This document shows, one piece after another, positions 49,063 to 59,265 of a DNA stretch of 64,000 nucleotides. Source of the DNA: Candidatus Multivorans sp. (GTDB taxonomy: Bacteria; Acidobacteriota; Thermoanaerobaculia; Multivoradales; Multivoraceae); contig OZ251997.1 in NCBI GenBank assembly GCA_965247095.1, positions 1,504,001 through 1,568,000 on the forward strand. Direction: 5' to 3'. Position numbers and translations under genes: made by a program. The stretch's first letter is position 1. The number at the start of each line of letters is the position of its first letter. Under the pieces are notes generated by a model. It was given only the letters and a program-made list of their open reading frames with translations, was not told the DNA's origin and did no database searches.

Positions 49063-50060
49063 TGGCGGCAAGGTCCCTGGCCCGGCAGGTCGGCGTCGCG
49101 CCGGCGTGCCGGGCGCTGGGCGTATCGCGATCGACCTTCTATCGTCGTGCGAGGCCCGCTCCCGGGCGACGGCAGCCCCGCCCCACGCCTGCCCGGGCAC
49201 TGAGCCAGATCGAGCGGAAACGGGTCGAGGCCACGCTTGCGTCGCCGCGTTTCGTCGATCGTTCGCCGGGAGAAGTGGTGGCCACCCTGCTCGACGAGGG
49301 CCGCTACCTGTGCTCGGAGCGCACGATGTACCGCATCCTCGAAGCGAACCACCCCGTGAGGGACCGCCGCAACCAGCGCGTCCATCCGTCGTACGCCAAG
49401 CCGGAGCTGGTCGCTGTCGCGCCCAACCAGGTCTGGTCGTGGGACATCACCAGGCTGCTCGGACCGCAGACCTGGACCTACTACTACCTCTACGTCCTGC
49501 TTGACCTCCTAAGCCGCTACGCGGTCGGCTGGATGGTCGCCGACCGCGAGAACTCCGCGCTCGCCCAAAGGCTCATCGAGGAGACCTGCCTCAAGCACGG
49601 CGTCAAGCCCCATGTCCTGACCCTGCATTCCGATCGAGGCGCCCCCATGACCAGCCAGGGTACCGCCCAACTGCTCGCCCGCCTCGGCGTGAACCGGTCC
49701 CTGGGCCGCCCGCGGGTCAGCGACGACAACCCCTACTCCGAAGCACAGTTCAAGACCCTCAAGTACCACCCCGACTTCCCCAGCCGCTTCCCCAACCAGG
49801 ACGCCGCGACCGACTACTGCAGGTCCTTCTTCCCCTGGTACAACACGGAACACCGCCATGCCGGCATCGCCATGCTGACCCCCGAGACCGTCCACTACGG
49901 CCGGGCGCAAGCCGTGATCGAGCAGCGCCAACGCACGCTGAGCGCCGCCTGGGAAAGCTCCCCCGAACGATTCGTCGGCGGCCAACCGATGCATACGCCA
50001 CTGCCCCAGGCCGTCTGGATCAACAAGCCCGACTACGAGACTGCAGAGACGACTCAGTAA
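49062..50060 (+). CDS. IS3 transposase OrfB (rve/DDE)
   Basis: PNQVWSWDIT, HSDRG, DNPYSEAQFKTLK, WYNTEHRH; TGATG overlap, -1 frame relative to OrfA. Confidence 0.92.
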   Translation: MAARSLARQVGVAPACRALGVSRSTFYRRARPAPGRRQPRPTPARALSQIERKRVEATLASPRFVDRSPGEVVATLLDEGRYLCSERTMYRILEANHPVRDRRNQRVHPSYAKPELVAVAPNQVWSWDITRLLGPQTWTYYYLYVLLDLLSRYAVGWMVADRENSALAQRLIEETCLKHGVKPHVLTLHSDRGAPMTSQGTAQLLARLGVNRSLGRPRVSDDNPYSEAQFKTLKYHPDFPSRFPNQDAATDYCRSFFPWYNTEHRHAGIAMLTPETVHYGRAQAVIEQRQRTLSAAWESSPERFVGGQPMHTPLPQAVWINKPDYETAETTQ

Positions 50061-50145
50061 ATCCAGAACCCCGCTGTGTCAATGTCGTTGACAGGTTCCG
50101 TCGCGCCGGTAGTTCTTCGTCACGTCCCGTAGTTGGACGACGGGT

Positions 50146-50275
50146 TCAGCCATGGAACAAAGCCTCCATGGCGCCGTGTGTACGCTCGCCTCTTCGCTCC
50201 GCTTCAGTCATGGATCAGATCCTCCATGGCGCTGTGTGTATGCGCACTTCTCTTGCTGTGCCGGTCATCGTCCAT
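50146..50275 (-). repeat. Two imperfect tandem 58-bp units, each encoding a minigene and a CATGGA...TCCATG hairpin
   Basis: ttcagccatggaacaaagcctccatggcgccgtgtgtacgc vs ttcagtcatggatcagatcctccatggcgctgtgtgtatgc; ORFs 50275-50204 and 50211-50146. Confidence 0.75.
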
Positions 50276-50280
50276 TGGCG

Positions 50281-51510
50281 TCACGAGACCTCGCGCACCC
50301 GCATCCCATCGACGAGCTCCGCCGACGGCCGCCGCACAACCGTCTCGCCGCCGCTCAGTCCCGACAGCACTTCGAACTCGTTGTCCTGCTCCAGGCCCAA
50401 CTCGATCGGCGAGCGCACCAACGCGCCATCCCGAACCACCCAGGCGTAGCTCCGACCGCCCTCGGTCAGGACCGCCGTCGCCGGAATCAGGACCTTCGGC
50501 GCCGCCTCCAATGCCGCCTGGTCCGTGCCCTCCTGCAGGAAGGTGACGGTGCAGCTCATGTCCGGCACCAGACGTTCGTCGCGGTCGTCGATCGTCACCT
50601 TGACCTGAACCACGGCCCGTTGGCGGTCCGCGGTCGGCACGATCTGCCGGAGGCTGCCGGTGTACTCGTGGTCGGGGACGGCATCGACCCGGATCGAGGC
50701 CGGCTGGCCGAGTTCGATGCGGGCGATGTAGCTCTCGTTGATGTCCGCCTCGACCTCGAGCGAGGTCGGATCGGCGATCCGCACCAGCGCCCCGGTCGAC
50801 TGCTGGCTGGTGAACCCGCCCGGCGCCACCATCTCGCCCACTTCGACCGTGCGCTCGATGACCACGCCGTCGACCGGTGAGCGGATCACCGTGTACTCCA
50901 ACTGGGCCCGGACCGAGTCGAGGTTGGCGCGCGCCGTGCCGACCTGGGCCTTCGCCACCTGGAGCGTCGTGATCGCGGCGTCGTGGTCGGCGCTGGGGGC
51001 CACGCCCGCCTCGACGACTCGCCGCTGACGACCCTCCTCGCGCACCGCGTCGGCAAGCCGCGCCGTCGACTCGATCAGGGCCGCCTCGGCCCGGCGCACC
51101 GCAGCCTCCAGATCGTCGCTGTCCAGCACGGCGATCAGATCCCCGGCCGCCACCGCGTCCCCCTCGTCGACATGGAGCTCCGTGATCCGACCGGTGATCT
51201 TCGACCCCACCGCGGCCCGCACCCGCGCATACGTATAGCCGGTCGCGTTGAGCACCGCCGACGCCTGCTCCGCCGTCAGCCGCTGCACGGTCGCCGTCTC
51301 CACCTCGGGCATGAGCCACGGGGCGTACTGCTCGAACGGCACCGTCCGCCAGGCGTAGACGGCCGCTACCGCGAGCACCAGGAAGATGCCCCACTTGACG
51401 TAGCGGCCCCTTCGCGGACGGTACTCGTACTCATCGTCGTCGCGCAGGATGGATAGATCGGGGCGCGGCGGTTCAGACGCACCGCCGCCGGGGCTCGCGA
51501 GGGCGCTCAC
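50281..51510 (-). CDS. Efflux periplasmic adaptor (MacA-like MFP)
   Basis: N-terminal TM; GSKITGRI, IRSPVDGVV, EVEADINE, VPTADR. Confidence 0.92.
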   Translation of the reverse strand: MSALASPGGGASEPPRPDLSILRDDDEYEYRPRRGRYVKWGIFLVLAVAAVYAWRTVPFEQYAPWLMPEVETATVQRLTAEQASAVLNATGYTYARVRAAVGSKITGRITELHVDEGDAVAAGDLIAVLDSDDLEAAVRRAEAALIESTARLADAVREEGRQRRVVEAGVAPSADHDAAITTLQVAKAQVGTARANLDSVRAQLEYTVIRSPVDGVVIERTVEVGEMVAPGGFTSQQSTGALVRIADPTSLEVEADINESYIARIELGQPASIRVDAVPDHEYTGSLRQIVPTADRQRAVVQVKVTIDDRDERLVPDMSCTVTFLQEGTDQAALEAAPKVLIPATAVLTEGGRSYAWVVRDGALVRSPIELGLEQDNEFEVLSGLSGGETVVRRPSAELVDGMRVREVS

Positions 51511-51644
51511 CGGCGCACCGCCACCCCCGGCGGACGTACTCCACCGGCCGATCGTTTCATCCGCGGCATTCTATGGTTCTAACCTACGCGCGGCTGGCGC
51601 GAGGGTTTCGGGCCGCACCGAGACGACCGGCAAAGTGGCGCTCG

Positions 51645-52028
51645 CTAGCTCGTCGCCTCATCCACCGACATCAGGAGGTCGAAGTCTGAATCGGCGGTCT
51701 CGATAGCAGCGCCATGATGCGCCGCGCACGCAGCGATGAGGATGTCGGTTACCGGCACCGTGATCCCTCGGGCTCGTGAGCGAGACGCCAACTCGTAGGC
51801 CGTTTGCCAGACATCGCCTTCGATTGGCAGTTCCGGGAGCGTATCGGCGAAGCGCCGCAGCACCTTCCGCTCCCGACCGCCGCGGGCGCCATTCCAGAGT
51901 TCAAGCTGCACCACCGGACACCAGCAGGCCTGTCCGGACGTCAGCGCGGCTTCGACCCGAGCGCGAACGGCCGGGTCGCCATCCGGACGCAGCAGGTGGA
52001 TCCAAGACGATGTGTCAACGAGAATCAC
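51645..52028 (-). CDS. vapC: VapC PIN-domain toxin
   Basis: GTG start; ILVDTSSWI, EL, DILIAACA, DSDF. Confidence 0.9.
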   Translation of the reverse strand: MILVDTSSWIHLLRPDGDPAVRARVEAALTSGQACWCPVVQLELWNGARGGRERKVLRRFADTLPELPIEGDVWQTAYELASRSRARGITVPVTDILIAACAAHHGAAIETADSDFDLLMSVDEATS

Positions 52029-52033
52029 CCGTT

Positions 52034-52237
52034 CTAACCACGGCGGCGAAGCGCCTGGAGCTCTTCGGGCGTCATCAGGTCGTCGCACGTTCCAGCGTAT
52101 CGAGCCAGCTCCGCCATCCGCATCCGGCGGTTGAAGTCGGAAACGGCCCCGACGATGGCCTCGCGCTTCGTCTTCGCATTCGTGAACTTGATCGCATCCT
52201 CAAGCTCACGACGAGGAATATCAACCGTGGTCTTCAT
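52034..52237 (-). CDS. vapB: VapB antitoxin (DUF2191-like)
   Basis: MKTTVDIP..L..A...T.AKTKREAI..A. Confidence 0.88.
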   Translation of the reverse strand: MKTTVDIPRRELEDAIKFTNAKTKREAIVGAVSDFNRRMRMAELARYAGTCDDLMTPEELQALRRRG

Positions 52238-52243
52238 GATCCC

Positions 52244-52273
52244 AGACTAGCCCCTCGTCGGAATCTCCGTCAA
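52244..52273 (-). promoter_or_regulatory. Sigma70-type promoter giving a probably leaderless vapB mRNA
   Basis: Minus strand TTGACG - 18 nt - TAGTCT - 6 nt - ATG; no SD. Confidence 0.6.
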
Positions 52274-52334
52274 CGCCTGAGGGAATCTCCTCGACCTGCT
52301 CCTCCTCGATCAGAGCACCCAGCGGCGTTGCGGC

Positions 52335-53489
52335 CTACTCCCGGCGCACCTCTTCGTCCGTCATGAACAGATACTCCGTAACCTGTCGATAGGTCTCACC
52401 GGGCCGCAGAACCGTACTGGGAAACCCGGGCTGGTTCGGAGAGTCGGGGAAGTGCTGCGTCTCGAGGCAGAGGCCACCTCGGTGGACGTAGGGCCGGCCG
52501 CTCTTGCCGACCAGGGTGCCGTCGAGGAAGTTGCCGGTGTAGAGCTGCAACCCGGGGGCGGTGCTCGTGACAAGGAGCAGCCGGCCACTCACCGGTTCGT
52601 AGAGCCGCGCCACGAATTCCGGTTCGGCACCAGCGGCGCCAGACTGCTGTACCACCCAGTTGTGGTCGTAGCCGCCACCGAAGCGAAGCTGTTCGAAGTC
52701 GTCGTCGATCCGGTCGCCGACCCGCGCTGGAGGAACGAAGCTCATCGGTGTCCCCTGGACAGACGCGATCTCGCCGGTCGGTATCAAGTTGGCATCAACC
52801 GGCGTGTAGGACGAACCCAGCAGTGTGAGTTCATGATCCAGAATGTCTCCTTCGCCTTCCCCTTTGAGGTTGAAGTACGAGTGGAAGGACAGATTCACTA
52901 CGGTGGGCTTGTCGGTCACGGCCGCCGCTTCGATGCGGAGATCGCTGACACCCAGCACATACCGGACCTCGAAGTCGACGTTGCCCGGATAGCCCTCTTC
53001 GCCGTCCGGACTTCGGTAGCGAAGCGCCACGCCCCTGCCGTGCTCGGTCCGGATCGGCTCGCCGTCCCAGACGACTCGGGTCAGACCACGGACGCCGCCG
53101 TGGAGGCTGTTCTGCCCATCGTTCTGCGGCAGGTTGTAGGTCTCCCCGTCGAGCCTGAACCGGCCCCCGGCAATCCGGTTCGCGTACCGACCGACGATGG
53201 CGCCGAAGTACGGGTTCGTGTCCGCGACGTAGGACTCGAGAGCGTTGAACCCCAGCACGACATCGGCGAACTCGCCGTCGCGGTCCGCGGCCGTCAACGA
53301 CACGATCGCGCCGCCCAGCTCGGAGATCTCGACACTGGCGCCTGAACGCGACTCGAGGCGGAACAGTTCGACCTCCTTGCCGTCGACTTCGCCCCATGGG
53401 CGCCGGGTCACCTCCACGAAGCGCCCCGGGTCAAGGCAACCGCCCGCAGCAGCGCCGGCGAGCAGGAGCAGTGGAATGAAGGGCCGCAT
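52335..53489 (-). CDS. galM: Aldose 1-epimerase (galactose mutarotase), probable lipoprotein
   Basis: GRYANRI, LHGG, HSYFNL, GYDHN, QLYTGNFL, CLETQHFPDSPN. Confidence 0.94.
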   Translation of the reverse strand: MRPFIPLLLLAGAAAGGCLDPGRFVEVTRRPWGEVDGKEVELFRLESRSGASVEISELGGAIVSLTAADRDGEFADVVLGFNALESYVADTNPYFGAIVGRYANRIAGGRFRLDGETYNLPQNDGQNSLHGGVRGLTRVVWDGEPIRTEHGRGVALRYRSPDGEEGYPGNVDFEVRYVLGVSDLRIEAAAVTDKPTVVNLSFHSYFNLKGEGEGDILDHELTLLGSSYTPVDANLIPTGEIASVQGTPMSFVPPARVGDRIDDDFEQLRFGGGYDHNWVVQQSGAAGAEPEFVARLYEPVSGRLLLVTSTAPGLQLYTGNFLDGTLVGKSGRPYVHRGGLCLETQHFPDSPNQPGFPSTVLRPGETYRQVTEYLFMTDEEVRRE

Positions 53490-53509
53490 GGAACACAACG
53501 CAGACTACG

Positions 53510-54094
53510 CTATCCGCCCCGCGCGCGGCCTACGGCGCCGAAGCGAGCTTCTCGGTAACGCTGGCCGAGATCGTTCAGTTCGCCGGCTGGAAGCAATGGC
53601 GCGAGCGCGAGCACCTGGAGCCGCTTCACGATGCCCTAGCCGGCCTGTACGACATGGCGATCAACTGGCGGAACACCGAATGGCGCATGGTCTCGGTTAC
53701 CAATCCGCCCGGCCGCGGCGTTACCCCCGACACGCCGATCGTCTTCCATGTCCACGTGCCGCCCGGCAGCCGCCACGGTCCCCAGATCCACCGGCCGACT
53801 CTTCGCAAGCTCTACCGACACGCTCCGAAAGCCCCCGCACTCCTGGCCCCGTCGGCGTATTGGGACCGCTACGGCCGCGGCCTGGGCGGCGCTGACGCGC
53901 TGGCGACGTCGCCCAGGGCGAACGCCTGGCCGGTACTCACGAAGGAATCGCTGCGGTTGATGATGTTCCCGGACAAGGAGCACCAGGAGTACCGACGGCG
54001 GGCCGTCAACCACGCACAGGCCATGCACAAAGCCGGCATCATCGACATGATGGAGAACGGCGGCGGTTGGCGCATCTACCGGCCGGCGCGGTGA
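53510..54094 (+). pseudogene. 5'-truncated hypothetical gene (frame open upstream of the ATG at 53654)
   Basis: In-frame protein-like sequence LSAPRAAYGAEASFSVTLAEIVQFAGWKQWRERE... precedes MAINW with no start codon or SD and abuts the divergent galM start. Confidence 0.5.
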
Positions 54095-54154
54095 CGTGGA
54101 ATCAAAGGCGTCGGTCGAGCGTTTTGCGTAACGCAGAGCGAAAGGAGTCCTTCG

Positions 54155-55180
54155 GTGATCTGGAAGTGGAAGGCCTTGCTACTCGTGGCCTCAGCGGCAA
54201 TGCCGGCAGCGACCGCCCAAGAGGACGGCGGATCCAAGCCGCCCCCAGTGGATCGCTTCGAGGAAGAGATCCTGGTCATGGGAAAGCTCCCTGGGCCGCC
54301 CCTTTGGAAGGTCACCAAGGATGACCATGTCTTGTGGATCCTTGGTATTCCAAACCTGGTGCCGGACAATCTTCTCTGGCGCTCGGACTCCGTCGAACAC
54401 GCGCTGGCCCACTCCAGCGAGTACCTGACGTCCAGAGACCTGCTCATCAAGGCGTCGAACCCGGTGAACATTATGCGGGGGCTTAAGAAGATCCAGCGCA
54501 CACGACGAATCCCGGACCACGAAACCCTGGAGGACCTGCTGCCAGAGGACCTGTACCAGCTCTTCCTGGAAACCAGACTCAGATACGCCCCGAAGCGAGA
54601 CGATCTCGAGAGATTGCGGCCTAGCGTCGCGGCCAAGGAACTCTTCGATTCCGCGGCGCAATCCGCAGGCCTGGAGCGAGGCCATACGATCCATCGGGTA
54701 GTCGAGAAAAGAGCCAGGAAGCACAACGTCAAGAAGGTGCCAACGGTACTCGTCCAGCGCTACAAGGATTCGACTCTCCTCGATGAGATGGAGGAAATAT
54801 CGGCTGCTGCGGAGCAAACCTGTCTCCAGGCACGTCTTGAAGGGCTTGATGCCCAGCTCGAGGCGTTCACGCGTCTTGCATCTGCCTGGGCCGAAGGCGA
54901 TTTGGCCTCGCTTAGAGCCCATCCAGGCGATTCGGCCACAGAGGCCTGCGATCCCAGGCGACTCGCCCCCCACCCAGAGGCGCTGAGCCAGATGGAGTCG
55001 CGTCTCTGGGTGCTCTGGCTCGAGAACGCCGATCGCGCATTGAGCAACAACGACTCCACTTTCGCCATCCTGCCTCTCAAGGACTTGCTCCGGCCCGACG
55101 GACCCCTGTCGCGGCTCCGACAGAGAGGCTATGAAGTCCTGGAGCCAGACGAAACTCCTCCGGAGGAGCAGCAAGACTGA
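54155..55180 (+). CDS. TraB/GumN-family protein
   Basis: Signal peptide; [38 protein letters not shown]. Confidence 0.88.
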   Translation: MIWKWKALLLVASAAMPAATAQEDGGSKPPPVDRFEEEILVMGKLPGPPLWKVTKDDHVLWILGIPNLVPDNLLWRSDSVEHALAHSSEYLTSRDLLIKASNPVNIMRGLKKIQRTRRIPDHETLEDLLPEDLYQLFLETRLRYAPKRDDLERLRPSVAAKELFDSAAQSAGLERGHTIHRVVEKRARKHNVKKVPTVLVQRYKDSTLLDEMEEISAAAEQTCLQARLEGLDAQLEAFTRLASAWAEGDLASLRAHPGDSATEACDPRRLAPHPEALSQMESRLWVLWLENADRALSNNDSTFAILPLKDLLRPDGPLSRLRQRGYEVLEPDETPPEEQQD

Positions 55181-55418
55181 GGCCTTCTGCGGCGGCGCGG
55201 GAGGAACGCCGACCCTTCACGGGTTCGACTTGGACGGCCGTACCCACCCCACCGAGGGCGCCGCGGCCGCCAGCGGACTTTCACCGCCACCGGCCATCCC
55301 GCTCGCCGCCGGACGCCTCGCGGCCTCTGAGTCTCGCCCCAGCCCACGCCGAACCGTGGAATCCCGCGACCGGAACTTGCTTCACAGCGTTCTGTCGCGC
55401 AGACTCGCCTTGCGCGCC

Positions 55419-57071
<1,653 letters not shown>

Positions 57072-57182
57072 CCGGAAATTCCTGACAGGGAAATAGAAAA
57101 CCATCTTTGGCTGGCAATTTCCTAGGAATTTTCCGTGAACTTCTTCTCCCTCCCGCCAGAAACCGAAAGAAATGCCCAGGAT

Positions 57183-58538
57183 ATGAGAAATTCTCGCCCA
57201 ATTCGGGCTTGGGGCGCGATTCTTCTTCTCCTTCTCTGCCTCGCTGCGGGCAGCGCCAGCGCTCAGCGTGCGACCTACCCGCCGGAGGAGTTCGCCGAGC
57301 GCCGGGCCCGCCTGTGCGACCGCCTGGAGGGCGGGGCCGTGCTCATGTTCTCGGAGACGATGCCCCGCTACGGCGTCCGCTTCCGGCAGGACCACGACTT
57401 CTACTACCTGACCGGCTACGAGGGCCGGAACGCGGCGCTGCTGCTGGAGGCCGACAGTTGCGAGGCGCGGCTCTACCTGCCCCACCAGGGTGACCGCGAG
57501 AAGTTCATCGACGGCCCCAACTGGCTCTACGCGCCCGAGAAGGCAGAGGACCGCGGTTTCGTGGTCGACCACCTGGCGTACCTGCCCGAACACCTTGCAC
57601 GGCGGCGCGGGCGGATGCCCGGAGAGACCGGCAAGCTGCTGTGGATGCGCCTCGGAGAACGCGACGAGGTCGACCTCGCCCGCAACGAGAAGGGCCTCTA
57701 CCTGGGCCGGCGCGAGCAGAACCCCTGGGGCGGTCAGCCCAGCGAGCAGGCCCAGCAGGTCGAGACGATCCGCAGCCGCTATCCGTACATCGAGCTACGC
57801 GATCTGACACCGCACCTCGATCGCCTGCGGATGATCAAGACGCCGCGCGAGATCGAGATCCTGCGCCGCGCCGGCAAGGTCAGCGCCGAGGGCATCACGG
57901 CAGCGATCCGCGCCACGGAGGCCGGCACCTGGGAGTACGAGTTGGAGGCCGCCGCCAAGCACATCTTCCTCCGGCACGGCGCCGAGATGGAGGCCTACCC
58001 CGCCATCGTCGGTTCGGGACCGAACGGCCTGATCTGGCACTGGGTCAAGAACGACCGGCAGCTCGAGGACGGCGACCTGGTGGTCATGGACTACGGCGCC
58101 TCCTTCGCCTACCTGACTATGGACATCACCCGCACCTGGCCCGTCAACGGGAAGTTCGACGAGGTCCAGGAACGCGCCTACCGCGCCGTCCTCGAAGCGC
58201 AGAAGGCGATCATCGCCGCCATGCGACCCGGCGCCACCCGCGCCGAAACGACCGAGATCTGCCGCGCGATCTACGACCGCTGGGGCTTCGAGGACAAACC
58301 CGCCCACGGCGCCGGCCATTTCGTCGGCCTCTCCGTCCACGACGTCGGCGACGGCGCCCTGCCATTCGAGCCCGGCATGGTGATCGCGGTCGAACCGATC
58401 ATCGAAATCCCCGAAAGGAACATCCACATCCGCATCGAGGACACCGTGCTCGTCACCGAGGGCGCGCCCGAGATCCTGAGCGCCGCGGTGCCCAAGGAAG
58501 TCAACGCGCTGCTGGGGCTGGTTGGGTCTGCGAAGTAG
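57183..58538 (+). CDS. Exported Xaa-Pro aminopeptidase (M24)
   Basis: FRQDHDFYYLTG, RMIKT, VMDYG, DITRTWP, GHFVGLSVHD, VEP, IRIEDTV. Confidence 0.92.
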   Translation: MRNSRPIRAWGAILLLLLCLAAGSASAQRATYPPEEFAERRARLCDRLEGGAVLMFSETMPRYGVRFRQDHDFYYLTGYEGRNAALLLEADSCEARLYLPHQGDREKFIDGPNWLYAPEKAEDRGFVVDHLAYLPEHLARRRGRMPGETGKLLWMRLGERDEVDLARNEKGLYLGRREQNPWGGQPSEQAQQVETIRSRYPYIELRDLTPHLDRLRMIKTPREIEILRRAGKVSAEGITAAIRATEAGTWEYELEAAAKHIFLRHGAEMEAYPAIVGSGPNGLIWHWVKNDRQLEDGDLVVMDYGASFAYLTMDITRTWPVNGKFDEVQERAYRAVLEAQKAIIAAMRPGATRAETTEICRAIYDRWGFEDKPAHGAGHFVGLSVHDVGDGALPFEPGMVIAVEPIIEIPERNIHIRIEDTVLVTEGAPEILSAAVPKEVNALLGLVGSAK

Positions 58539-58551
58539 CAACCACAGCTAT

Positions 58552-58582
58552 GATTGCAATGAATGCGCTGTCATTGTAATCT
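58552..58582 (+). promoter_or_regulatory. Promoter with overlapping operator inverted repeat
   Basis: gattgcaatga / tcattgtaatc (10/11) overlapping TTGCAA-17-TAATCT. Confidence 0.65.
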
Positions 58583-58590
58583 CTCGGCCC

Positions 58591-58842
58591 ATGGGCCAAC
58601 TCACCATTCGTAACGTCGACGAAGCAGTAGTGCAGGCCTTGCGGCGCCGCGCAGCGGCCGCAGGCACGTCAACCGAGGAAGAAGCGCGCCGGTCGCTGGC
58701 GATGGCCTTGGGCATCGACCGGGAAGCAACGCGGGCTCGGCTCAACGCCGTCCGTGCGGCGATAGCCCACGACGACGACGAGCCCGTCGAGCAGTTGATT
58801 CGGAAACTGCGGGACGGAAGAGCCCACGACCTCTCGGGCTGA
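58591..58842 (+). CDS. FitA-like RHH antitoxin
   Basis: MGQLTIRNVDE.V..ALR.RAA..G.S.EEEAR..L. Confidence 0.88.
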   Translation: MGQLTIRNVDEAVVQALRRRAAAAGTSTEEEARRSLAMALGIDREATRARLNAVRAAIAHDDDEPVEQLIRKLRDGRAHDLSG

Positions 58843-58848
58843 CCCGCC

Positions 58849-59265
58849 TTGCCGCTCCAACGCGTCGTCGTTGACGCCAGTGCCGCCCTGAAGTGGGTTC
58901 TCGAAGAGGAAAGCAGCCCTGTTGCCCTCGAACTCCTGGACCGAGATGTCCTTCACGCCCCGGACTTCTTGCTGCTGGAAGCCGCGAACGTTCTCTGGAC
59001 GAAGGTCCGCCGGGGCGCTCTGTCACGACCCGATGCCGACGCCGCGTTTCAGACGCTAGCCGCCGTGCCGATGGTGCTGACACCACTGGCCGAACTCATC
59101 CCACCGGCCCGTAGCTTGGCTTTCGCCTTGGATCTCACCGTGTACGACGCCGTCTACGCGGCGCTGGCCCAACAACTCGACTGCCCGCTCGCAACCGCCG
59201 ATGCGGCACTCGCACGCGCCATGACTGCGGCAGCACTCACCGGTTCGGCGCAGCTCATCCGCTAG
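58849..59265 (+). CDS. vapC: VapC PIN-domain toxin
   Basis: VVDASAALKW..E, APD..LEAAN, TVYDAVYAALA, LATAD. Confidence 0.9.
   Translation: MPLQRVVVDASAALKWVLEEESSPVALELLDRDVLHAPDFLLLEAANVLWTKVRRGALSRPDADAAFQTLAAVPMVLTPLAELIPPARSLAFALDLTVYDAVYAALAQQLDCPLATADAALARAMTAAALTGSAQLIR

Larger units (their letters stand above)
48503..50098 (+). mobile_element. IS3-family insertion sequence (1596 bp), 6-bp target duplication cgtcgc
   Basis: TSD at 48497-48502 and 50099-50104; imperfect IRs ctgccaacgtacgtgacacagcgg vs ctgtcaacgacattgacacagcgg (19/24); orfA/orfB. Confidence 0.93.
47853..50153 (-). pseudogene. ABC transporter ATP-binding protein interrupted by an IS3-family element
   Basis: 5' part 50153-50099 MAEPVVQLRDVTKNYRRD rejoins the 3' part AFELKVLQG..GPSGSGKST..LSGGQ..LLADEPTG across the duplicated cgtcgc. 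Confidence 0.92.

Noticed and set aside
47853-49385. 510-aa ORF that looks like an ABC ATPase with a novel N-terminal domain
   Set aside because: The N-terminal ~290 aa are the antisense strand of the IS; the true start is at 50153.
55200-55245. GGGTTCGACT T-loop-like motif
   Set aside because: No T-stem closure, anticodon arm or acceptor stem; not a tRNA.
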